From positions 62,001 to 126,000 of IMG/VR virus record IMGVR_UViG_3300020578_000006: 64,000 nt of DNA. One strand, written 5' to 3'. The notes beneath the pieces were generated by a model. That model was not told where the DNA came from and ran no database searches. It worked only from the letters and a program-made list of their open reading frames with translations. Every line of letters begins with the position of its first letter. Within the stretch, counting starts at the first letter, position 1. Made by a program: the position numbers and the translations under genes. Below are positions 45,244 to 55,100 of this stretch, one piece after another.

Positions 45244-48200
45244 GATTTTTGGGTTGTATTGGTTAAAGTATTACCTGGGAAATACGGTTGAATGTACTCT
45301 GCACTCTGGCTCGGTAGGGTTGTAACCCAGTTTAAAGAATTAAGTTTTGAGTATGCGGGTGTAATGTTTTTGATTGTATTAATTATTGCCACACCTAACT
45401 TAGATCTACTTTCAGGACTTAAAACATTATCATTGATATATATGTTGTATAATGGGCTCTTAGCCCCCGGTACGCTCTGTTTGAAATATCTCGAAACAAC
45501 GTCAAAATAATTTCGGCGACCACTGGGTATATCAAAAGTTAATGAATTAGGAATAAACTTTTCTTTATACAACATACCTATATCAAAATATCTTAAATCC
45601 GTAGAATGTAAATAAAGGTTCTGAATTTTAAAATCTTTAACAAAGTAACTAGTCTTTCTAGTTTTATTTTTATCTAAAAGATCACTTAAGAGAAGGCCGT
45701 TATAAAATGGTGTTGCACCTGCAAATATATTATTTGTTATTAAAGGGGTGAGATTAAATTTATTAGCAGGAAAAGTAGAGGTTGAATAAAGCTCTCCATC
45801 AAGATAACATTTCATATATCCTTCCGGAGCATTCATCACCAAGGAAAAATGATGTGGGCCATTATCTAAGTCAGATGCGTCCACAGTGGTTGAAGGTATA
45901 ACTATATCCTCATTATTGAATGGATTATACAATCTGGTTTTAAATGTGTAATTACCATTACCATGCCTATTAACTAGATAATTGTAATTAAATCTATGAT
46001 TAGTAGCATCTGCAAATTGATAATTGCCTTGTACATTAACTCTAGTAGTATTATTTAAAACTCCTTCAGGTGTTAATGTCATTAATAGTGCATTAGTTGT
46101 GTCTGAACCGCTAGCTGTAAGAAGAACTGATTTTATTAGATCACCATTTTCAAACGTTTCAATAAACGATACATCTTGTATTGCAAGTCTCGATGTAGTA
46201 AACTGTCTATCTGCAGTTAAAGAGACAGTAAAGAGAGCTTCTTGTGATGGAGCAAATTTTGCAATAGCATTTGCATCTCCTGCCCACAGGTAATTATCAC
46301 CGTCAATATTAAAGAAACTAAAAGCTCCGCGCGAACCGATCACTGTGGACAATCTGTTAGTCACTGTATCGTATGTCATAACTATTCCCGCACTAAGAAA
46401 ATACAGCCTATTAGATCTAACTATTCCCCTTGTACCATCTACTACGGCTACTCTACCGTCACTCAGTCGATGTACTTCTCTTGCTGTGTTTTTGTTACCT
46501 ATAACAACTTCTGCAGATACTGGTGATAATAAATTTGACGTTAAATCAATAGCACTTAAACTTCTGTCAGAATACAGAATGTACCCCCTTGCCTCATCAT
46601 TAGATGCGTGAATGATAGAGTTTACTGGGCTAAATAGGGCTGAAGTAGCATCAATTATAGTTTCCCGTAAATCAAACTCTACCACCCATTGAGAATTGGT
46701 AATCGCGTGAAACGAATTTAAGGGGTCACGTCTTAACACATATTGAATATTTCCGAACGCTCTTTGTGATGCATCGAAAATATCTATCAACTGACTATCC
46801 GTGTTGTACATGTTAAGGACTCCGCGATTATTAACAAAAATAAATGGCGTCACAGTGTTGTAATTGAAAAACCCAAACCCGTAATCGTTATAATTACCTA
46901 ACAGTTGATAACCTTTAGGTGATGTCCAATCTTCACTATAGCCCCAAAAAGACAAGGTAAATTTATTACCACCAAAATTAATATTTTTAACATCAAAAGA
47001 TGCTACATTTTCCCCATTAAATGAATAGATATTTTTACCGTCCAAATCTTTTTCTGGATCTAAATTAGCACCGTTCCAGGTAGAAAACGTATTAAAATTT
47101 TTAATTTGAAGAAATTTATTTAATGAATTAATGTTGTGTTCGATATCAACCTTTCCTATGTGAGAATAAGCATACAAGCACCCTGGTTCGAACGTCATAT
47201 TAGTCGGTACATCTACAATTTCGTAAGGTAAATTTAAGCACTCAAACGTAGTAATATATGTTACATTACCATCCGTTGCAGAAAGCGCTTGAAAAGGTGT
47301 AACGAGCTTTGGATTATAAAATCTATCAACCCAAACAGGTTTTATAAGTATGTTTTCTCCACCGGACAACCAGCTGCATAGCCATTGCCCGGTTTGCTCC
47401 CCACTTGAATCACCTTGGTTTGAAGACGACTTATAATTTGCTAATTTCTTAAAAATTTTATCACTTCTTAACGGGTGATCACCAGCAATAGCTCCAGCTT
47501 GAATCAATTTAGACGATTTTAAATTTAATCTTTTAAAAGGATACATGCTTTGTGGGGTATGAAACCATGTAGTTTTACCGGGTTTAAACTCATAGGGGGT
47601 AGAATAACTATCATATTGAAGATGAAGCTTTTGATAACCTTCTTCTTGCCTACGACCAGAAAAAATTGCATTGTAATTTCGGTATAAAGTGTCATTTTCG
47701 CTCAAAAAGACATTACCCCTTCCCTGGGCATGTTTTGTGTTGAGTTGATTCTTTAAAGTCAAAACATTAGTTTTTAGCGCGGTCCCAGCTAGATTATCAT
47801 ATTCACTGTGAATTAAGAAATTATTTTCAATATTGAAATAACTTTTTTCTTGATTTAATCTTAAATTATTTTGATTAAAAGATTGTTCATAACTGCCCCA
47901 TTCATTAGTAATTTCAACCGGTAAAGGCAATTCAACTGATTTTACTGAAAAAAATCTTTTTTCATTATCAAATTGCATTTCTGTAGCTCCAGATACTATT
48001 AATGTTAGTGAAGAAGTATCATACAAAGTGTAATAAGGTAGATTATTAATTCTTGTTTGAAGTGTCAAAAGATTAGTCTTGTCATCATAAGAGAAAAAAA
48101 AGTATTTTGTATTCTCTAGACCTCCAGAAAAATTATCTTCATTTAAAAACCTTAAAGAATAATTAAATGTATTATAGCAGAGATAATATAGTTTGTTTTT

Positions 48201-48638
48201 GTACAAATGGCCTACTGTTGTTTTGTATGGGTTTGTTAAGTCTATTTCAAAAAAACATTCATTGTCTAATTTAGTAATGTCTTGCTCAAAAAAACCTTGT
48301 GTCATTTGAATGGGTATAGTGGTTGATGGAATGGATGGATCAATTACTGCTTTTAAAAACTTACCCTCGTTATTTCTTATAGCACAAAATAAAGTTTTTT
48401 CTCTATTATCGGGTGTTGTAAAATCTGTTATTTCTGAAAGTTTTAAAGACTTTGTAAGATGTAGATAACTGTAATTATTGTTTTGAAAATCTAATGTTTC
48501 TTTTAAAATAGGTGAAAAGAACGTTGTCAGATTACCGTCTATACCAATTCGATTATTAAGAAAATCTACTTGATTATCATATAGATATGAAGCGCTTAGC
48601 GGTCTAAAATTATCATTGGTTATAAAACTTGTTAGCAT
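45240..48638 (-). CDS. Large virion protein with LamG-like and propeller-like regions
   Basis: FTLSFWG, HHFSLV...KCYLDGEL; TAAATA 4 nt before ATG. Confidence 0.55.
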   Translation of the reverse strand: MLTSFITNDNFRPLSASYLYDNQVDFLNNRIGIDGNLTTFFSPILKETLDFQNNNYSYLHLTKSLKLSEITDFTTPDNREKTLFCAIRNNEGKFLKAVIDPSIPSTTIPIQMTQGFFEQDITKLDNECFFEIDLTNPYKTTVGHLYKNKLYYLCYNTFNYSLRFLNEDNFSGGLENTKYFFFSYDDKTNLLTLQTRINNLPYYTLYDTSSLTLIVSGATEMQFDNEKRFFSVKSVELPLPVEITNEWGSYEQSFNQNNLRLNQEKSYFNIENNFLIHSEYDNLAGTALKTNVLTLKNQLNTKHAQGRGNVFLSENDTLYRNYNAIFSGRRQEEGYQKLHLQYDSYSTPYEFKPGKTTWFHTPQSMYPFKRLNLKSSKLIQAGAIAGDHPLRSDKIFKKLANYKSSSNQGDSSGEQTGQWLCSWLSGGENILIKPVWVDRFYNPKLVTPFQALSATDGNVTYITTFECLNLPYEIVDVPTNMTFEPGCLYAYSHIGKVDIEHNINSLNKFLQIKNFNTFSTWNGANLDPEKDLDGKNIYSFNGENVASFDVKNINFGGNKFTLSFWGYSEDWTSPKGYQLLGNYNDYGFGFFNYNTVTPFIFVNNRGVLNMYNTDSQLIDIFDASQRAFGNIQYVLRRDPLNSFHAITNSQWVVEFDLRETIIDATSALFSPVNSIIHASNDEARGYILYSDRSLSAIDLTSNLLSPVSAEVVIGNKNTAREVHRLSDGRVAVVDGTRGIVRSNRLYFLSAGIVMTYDTVTNRLSTVIGSRGAFSFFNIDGDNYLWAGDANAIAKFAPSQEALFTVSLTADRQFTTSRLAIQDVSFIETFENGDLIKSVLLTASGSDTTNALLMTLTPEGVLNNTTRVNVQGNYQFADATNHRFNYNYLVNRHGNGNYTFKTRLYNPFNNEDIVIPSTTVDASDLDNGPHHFSLVMNAPEGYMKCYLDGELYSTSTFPANKFNLTPLITNNIFAGATPFYNGLLLSDLLDKNKTRKTSYFVKDFKIQNLYLHSTDLRYFDIGMLYKEKFIPNSLTFDIPSGRRNYFDVVSRYFKQSVPGAKSPLYNIYINDNVLSPESRSKLGVAIINTIKNITPAYSKLNSLNWVTTLPSQSAEYIQPYFPGNTLTNTTQKS

Positions 48639-48642
48639 AAAA

Positions 48643-48648
48643 TATTTA
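48643..48648 (-). promoter_or_regulatory. Late promoter core TAAATA
   Basis: 4 nt before ATG 48638. Confidence 0.65.
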
Positions 48649-48654
48649 TCCGTA

Positions 48655-50202
48655 TTACGTTATTTGAATGTCTACGCCTTCTGAAGGCAAGTAAGGTGGG
48701 CCATCACCACTTAAAGTTAATCCACTTGTTTCTGCTGATATTATATCCTCAGAAGGAACAATTCTTAAGAAATCGGGGGCCAAATCAACCCCTTTACCTT
48801 CTTTGTAGTAGTATGCCCTTTCCGGGGGGACAACTGGATTGTTATTGACTGGCGGGACTATATCCGGTGGTGGTAAAGGTTCGGGTTGTGGTTTATTAAG
48901 CGCTGGTGGTACTGGCTCAACTAAATTAGGCAGTGATGAGAGTAAGGGAACCGCAAACACGATATTAGAAAGATCCAATGCATTTTTAAAGAGTTGACGT
49001 GTATTTGTCTTTTCTAAAGTCAATACAACATTAAAATCAGCAGATTGCTGAGCATTATGTAAAATTACATCTTCATATATGTCTAAGATACTACATTTAA
49101 AGGTGCATAATGTAAGGTAGTAGCTGTTTATACAGCAATCACTTCTTATTACGCTGATAGAAGGTGTGTATGTTTTTGCTGTTGTATTATCTGGATAGTA
49201 TGTATGGCTCACAGGGGTTAATATAGGCGATACATTGGTTCCGTTTTCCCGTTTATAGGAGTATTCTGCAAAAGGAGTATTATCCCCGAAGTCATAAACA
49301 ACCTCTATAACATTAGCATCATTTTCATCAATTCCAGAAAGTATATAATTAACCGTGGTTACACAATACAGCTTAATCGGGTCAAAGGTGATACTTTTAT
49401 AGCAATAATCTTGAAAGCAGACGTCGTTAAATGGCCCACCAGATATAGATGTAGAGTATGAAGATCTTTGAATTACAGGATACGTATTATTTGAAGCAGA
49501 AAAATTACCTTTTCTAATTTGTGCTCCCCAGAGTAGTGAATAATAGGCACTAGTACCAACATTGGAAGAATAAGATTCTTTTAAATCTGTAGTACCACCA
49601 GCCCAAGCAGACTGTCTATGTACAAGATGGGCAACGTGAGGGGTGTTTGCACCGACTCTAAATGCCATGTTATACAAGCTCCACCCTTGACCAATAGCGC
49701 TTACCGTTGATCCTAATACGGTATAGTTACTGCCGCTTGAACCGGTTGTTTGTGTAGAGCCAGAAAACAAGTCATAGGTGGCTCCTACCCTACCAGTGCC
49801 CCCACCTGTTACGTACAGACCTAAATATTGCCTACTATTACCGCTTGCAAAACAAGAGAAAGTATAGTCTTGATTAGTACTTAAGATAAACGCATCAGTA
49901 AGCTGGCATAAACTATGAGTGCCGGTACCAGAGTCCTGCACCCTATCTGCTACAGGAAGCTGAACTACCGAATAAGGTGTTAAAGAAGTATCACTAAAAA
50001 CTTCTATATTATCTTTGAACCAGTAAGAACTAGAAAAATCCTCTGAAGCCGCTAGCAAATTGCCCACATTAAACTCTCCTCCAAATGCAGTAAGAGGGTA
50101 GAATATATTTACCCCACTTACAGGATCACTAAAAATATAGTGGTCTAAATAAAAGCAATACGCAATTGAGGATAAGGGTTGTGATGTTAAATAAATGTTC
50201 AT
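48655..50202 (-). CDS. Virion protein with carbohydrate-binding-like and PKD-like domains
   Basis: NLLAASEDFSSSYW...YTFSCFA...WGAQ; VYDFGD...VSHTY; Pro-rich linker. Confidence 0.55.
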   Translation of the reverse strand: MNIYLTSQPLSSIAYCFYLDHYIFSDPVSGVNIFYPLTAFGGEFNVGNLLAASEDFSSSYWFKDNIEVFSDTSLTPYSVVQLPVADRVQDSGTGTHSLCQLTDAFILSTNQDYTFSCFASGNSRQYLGLYVTGGGTGRVGATYDLFSGSTQTTGSSGSNYTVLGSTVSAIGQGWSLYNMAFRVGANTPHVAHLVHRQSAWAGGTTDLKESYSSNVGTSAYYSLLWGAQIRKGNFSASNNTYPVIQRSSYSTSISGGPFNDVCFQDYCYKSITFDPIKLYCVTTVNYILSGIDENDANVIEVVYDFGDNTPFAEYSYKRENGTNVSPILTPVSHTYYPDNTTAKTYTPSISVIRSDCCINSYYLTLCTFKCSILDIYEDVILHNAQQSADFNVVLTLEKTNTRQLFKNALDLSNIVFAVPLLSSLPNLVEPVPPALNKPQPEPLPPPDIVPPVNNNPVVPPERAYYYKEGKGVDLAPDFLRIVPSEDIISAETSGLTLSGDGPPYLPSEGVDIQIT

Positions 50203-52160
50203 GGATTTAGTACGCAGCTAAGATTCTGCATGTAGGTATTGTTTAATAGGTCTATTACATAGCCGCCTCTGTCGATCAAGCCAATAGAGCAATCCGGTAC
50301 AGCTTGATGGGTAGGAGGCACAGTAAATAGACATCTTGTATCATATATACTTAGATAGCCAAATCCTTTCCTAGGTGTAAAAGGCGATATAACAGAGACA
50401 AAATTTTCATAAACGTTAACTGAACTACCAAAAAACGTATATTTCTCTCTAAAGGTTGATAACGGTGCTAAAACAGTTCCTTGGGTAAATAATCCGTTTG
50501 TTGTTTTGTTGAAAATATATACCCGCCCTACATTAGGAGATTCATATGGTTGCCCCTGCTCTATGTAAGCTTCTCCAGGCGAACCTACAACGCAAAGATT
50601 TTTGTAAAGCTTTACGTCGCTACCGAAATTACCTGCTACTGTGTTTAATGCGTAAAAATCTCCAAGCGCCATTATATAGTTCCAGCTATTACTAGTTTGA
50701 GAAAGATAAAAATGAAAAACTTCTCCTTGCCCTAAGGTAGAATAAGTTTGTCTATTTGCATAAGGTGCCCCAACTACTAAATCCCTTTCATACAAGCTCA
50801 TAGAAGTACCGAATCTACTAATGCCTGATGCAGGTGAGTATATCGTTTGACTTAACTCCCAAGCATTGCTGGGGTTTCTTTGAAAGGCGTGTATCCATTC
50901 ATTACTATTTCCTACCAATAAATTTTCTCCATAAAGCTGGGCTGAGGTTCCTAATCCAGCTCCAGATAAAACAGCAGTTGATAATATTGTTTGATATAAC
51001 ACCCAGGCACCTATTAAAGTTGGGTCAGTACTTTCAGAGATATACTTATAAATGAATACACCACCAGGTGTACCCAAGAATTCGTTTGACTTAGTACAAA
51101 TTACTAACGTGTCTCCATCAACATCTGCTGCCGAGGCCTCAGTATTATCTGGTGTTTTAATAACATTTGCTCGAGCAAGTTTTTGGCCCAAAAATTCATA
51201 CACCACAACATCTGATGTGTTGTTGATTCTACCAACTACAGTATCTCCATCTTGACCTAAAAGCTTAACTCCAGCTCCTGTATAAACTATGTTTTCTAGA
51301 TTGTACTTATTTAAATCTGTGGTGTATGTAATTAATTTTTTGTTCACTGGTAGTGAGATAAATTCTTTACCCATAGCCATATTACTTTCAGAAGGTGTAT
51401 CATCAATTATAATATGTTGCTGACACCCGGTAATTAAATCTGTATATTCCACTGTTCCGGGAAACCCTGCTACATTAAAGTTTTTTATTAAAAACTTTGT
51501 ATCCGGATCATTAGTCGTATGAGTTAAACCTACCTTAAAAGCTGTTCTTCGAATATCTGGTAAAGTGAGTTTGAAAGCTGTAGTAAAATTAGGGTCTTTG
51601 ATATTGTCTTTTAATTGTACTGTAATTTCGCTAAACTGTTTTGCAACAATTATTCTAACTGCTCGATAATTTTCTTCAGAATCAGTAGGTGTTTGTCTAT
51701 CTATAGTAAAATTTTCTAGACCCGGAATACTATTAATATTTTTATCGTCTGATAAATTGTAAAGCAATTCATAATTTTTATTAATCCCCCCTCTAACAGC
51801 TATGGTAGGCTCCGCTCTGTAAGCCGATAGTGAAACCCCTGTAATGCCGTTTTGCTCTAGAGCAAATTGTCCAGACGAATCAAAACCTATTCCTAAAATA
51901 GCACCAGCAAGACCTCTATAGCCACCCAGCATACATCTGTCGGTAATAATTGGAGATGACAGATAACCTAAGCAACTCCCCGGGCCGCCTCCCCGAGGCA
52001 TATCTATAATACTATCAAAGAAAATTACAGCAATACCACCTGTTGGGGTTGTTACAGGGTTATATCTAGAGTATTCAAACGAAATAATTGTATCTGAAAA
52101 ACTATCAAGAGATTGATTGTTGTATACTGCAATATTTTTATTTGTATTTGGAGTATTCAT
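50199..52160 (-). CDS. L-type lectin-like domain plus FG-GAP propeller protein
   Basis: GGIAVIF...GSCLGY...GIGFD; RFGTSMSL..RDLVVGAP, NFGSDV...VVGSPG, FFGSSV. Confidence 0.7.
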   Translation of the reverse strand: MNTPNTNKNIAVYNNQSLDSFSDTIISFEYSRYNPVTTPTGGIAVIFFDSIIDMPRGGGPGSCLGYLSSPIITDRCMLGGYRGLAGAILGIGFDSSGQFALEQNGITGVSLSAYRAEPTIAVRGGINKNYELLYNLSDDKNINSIPGLENFTIDRQTPTDSEENYRAVRIIVAKQFSEITVQLKDNIKDPNFTTAFKLTLPDIRRTAFKVGLTHTTNDPDTKFLIKNFNVAGFPGTVEYTDLITGCQQHIIIDDTPSESNMAMGKEFISLPVNKKLITYTTDLNKYNLENIVYTGAGVKLLGQDGDTVVGRINNTSDVVVYEFLGQKLARANVIKTPDNTEASAADVDGDTLVICTKSNEFLGTPGGVFIYKYISESTDPTLIGAWVLYQTILSTAVLSGAGLGTSAQLYGENLLVGNSNEWIHAFQRNPSNAWELSQTIYSPASGISRFGTSMSLYERDLVVGAPYANRQTYSTLGQGEVFHFYLSQTSNSWNYIMALGDFYALNTVAGNFGSDVKLYKNLCVVGSPGEAYIEQGQPYESPNVGRVYIFNKTTNGLFTQGTVLAPLSTFREKYTFFGSSVNVYENFVSVISPFTPRKGFGYLSIYDTRCLFTVPPTHQAVPDCSIGLIDRGGYVIDLLNNTYMQNLSCVLNP

Positions 52161-52164
52161 ATAT

Positions 52165-52170
52165 TATTTA
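52165..52170 (-). promoter_or_regulatory. Late promoter core TAAATA
   Basis: 4 nt before ATG 52160. Confidence 0.65.
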
Positions 52171-55100
52171 GCCTGAATAAAAGTATGCGGATACTGTTCG
52201 ATTACCCGCCATAGGTACTAATATTTCACCATTACTTACCTTTACAGTTGGTCCGTTAGTATAGGGTGCACCGGTTGGATCAAGTATTAAGCTTGCATCA
52301 GAAATAGAGAACGTCTGGCCTAATGAATGCTCGGATAAATTAGTACCTGTAAATCTAATACCAGGTCCAGCACGGTAGAAGAACGTTACATCAACCCCTG
52401 ATCCAACCTCAAATGTGCTTAATAGACACGTTGACGGTGAAGTAGGCGGGACAATATAAACATTAGTACCTGCGACAAACAGATCACTACAATTTGGACC
52501 GGTGTTGGCACAATTAATTCGTGAAGGTCTACTAGTAATACTTCCACACATAGTACCAAATCTTTCTATTGTCAATGTATAAATCTCAAACGCACTTAAG
52601 TTTACTATTACCGTAATATGATCATCCATTCTTATAGGCATGGCGCTTACTTTAAACCCGCTAGACGAGTCTCTACTAGACAGTGCCATAACAGTATTGC
52701 CAGGAGATGCTGAAACATAAAGAATAAAACTAGTTCCACTTAAAATATCAAACTTTGTTGGAAAATTTACATCTTGAGCTATAGACGCTACACCCACATC
52801 ATTGTTGAATACTTTGCCTATACCGTCACCACTATAAACAATGGTAAGTGTATAGAAACCTGTATCAAAAATAGCTGATACCGCAACGTTAGTAGCAATA
52901 TTATTAATAAACAAATAGTCTTTATCTGTAGTTATATAGTTGTATTCGTATTCTGGTTCATAAATCCACTTCTTAAACTGATATCCCCGACTAGTTTTTG
53001 CGCTTAATGCAATAGGTGTTCCATAATTTGCAGAATAGCCGTTTGTAAGGCTAAGACCCGAAAAAGTATCAATACAAGTACCTGGATTTCCACTAGAAGT
53101 GTTACCAGAGCATTCAATAGATCTAGTACCAAAAGGTGTAGTAGAGTAAACATACCCGTAATCTACTAATTGACTAGCAGTCGCTACAGAGTTAACTGTT
53201 AGAATATGATCATAATATCTAGTATAGGTTGCAGAGACTGTTGCGTCCCTTTCAATTAAGAACGAACAAGTATTATTATCAAATATACCTTCACACTGAC
53301 CACCTTTCCAACCTGTAAAAAACCAGCCTGATATTGGATTTAAGCACGACAGGGTAATTACAGTATTCTTTTTGTAGCTTGCAGCACATGCTGATAACGG
53401 ACAATCTATATTGCCATCTGTTGAGTATAATCTACCCATAGGTGTCCAGTTATTAGGATACTCTAGATAACCCACACTATCCACCGTAACCGAGTAAAAG
53501 GGAATCTTACTGAACACCGCTGTAAGAGATTGGTTATCTAAAATAGTAAATAAGCAATCCGGAAAAGGAGATTGATCACATTCTCCTCCAATCCAATTAA
53601 CAAACTCGCTATCTACATTAGATGATGCTATTACAGCGAGTGTAGTATTGTAAGGAAATTGCTGAAAACATATTGTACCGCAATCCAAACAATAAGGATC
53701 AGTAAATACAACCCCGCTACCAGAGCCGGTCTGAGTAATGTAAAGGTCTTTATAAATTCTGTCTGGTGTTTCACAGAATTTAATCGAATCGTTGTTTGAA
53801 AGAGAAGTTGAAAGGGTAAACTTCAGGATACTAGCATCAGGGTAGGTTGGTCTGGCTATTGTACAGTAAACGGGTGTTTTAAGCTTAGAATAAGGTGCAA
53901 ACAGTACTATATTTGCAGATATGGCTCTATCTACTGTATCTGAGTCAAACACGTTAGTCGAAGGATATATGCTTAAAGTGTTTAGCCCGCTGTTTACCGG
54001 TGTTATACTATTAATCTTAAAATATAATGAGCCTAGCCCAGACGCCACATCATTAACTGTTAATCTATCTACAATAGTTAAAACTAACGAATCGTAGTCA
54101 CTAGCATCAATAGTAAATTCCGTTGTATCTATATTGCTAGCACTTATAAGTGTAAATATGTTAGTCGATGTCAAGCTACATATGTCAATAGCTACATTAG
54201 AAGGCTCTAGAGATACAGAAGACACACTAGTAAGTGTGTTATATACTGATGAAAACCCTACAATGGTATTATTTTCTTCTCCATAAAAGTCAAAAAATAC
54301 AGCATCAGGGTGGCCGTACTTAAAGATTAAATTATTGCCTGTTTTACGCACCACATAACCAGAGCATCCAATAAAGATTGTTGTCTCTAGATATGATTCC
54401 CAGTCAAACTGTACTAGATATGTACCTGGTTTATTTAGCTGCACTGGAAGAATGCCATCAGCGTATAAAAATGTTAATTCGTCCGGGTCACTCTCAAACC
54501 CCATGTCAATAACACCTTCTTTAAGGAACTGGCCTCCAATAGTACCTCCTACAGAACCTGCATATTTGACTAAAAATGGCATTGTAGGGTTAGAGTAATT
54601 ATTATCGTAGATAAAATAATAAGGCCTAAACATTCTTGGATTAAATGTTTGAAGATATATGTCCCAATCACCTTCCTTAAGCTGCTCATTAACGAATAAT
54701 GGCATTCCATTTAAGTTCTTCCCTAGATATGAAATATTAAATAATGCTTTTTTTTCTGATTTATTAAAACTAACACCTTCTATTTTAGTTAAATTAATTT
54801 GTGGTGGTTCAGCAAATCCAGCACTTAAAGAATATGAATTTACAGAAAACACACCACCTTTTAAGCTTACAGGGTAAATTGGTTCTAACTTTATATTGGT
54901 GAGAGAAGTCTTAAAAATGGAAGGGTAAACTACTTTATAGTTTGAGCCTGACAGGTAAGGTAGTAAATTTATAAATGCTAAGTAAAGTGCATTTTCTCTT
55001 TCTGAATACCATTCACCAGCAAATTTTTCTATATTTTCATTAGTAAATATTTTTGTAAAATAGAAACTTGAAGTATTATTAATTGTAATTTTACCAGAAT

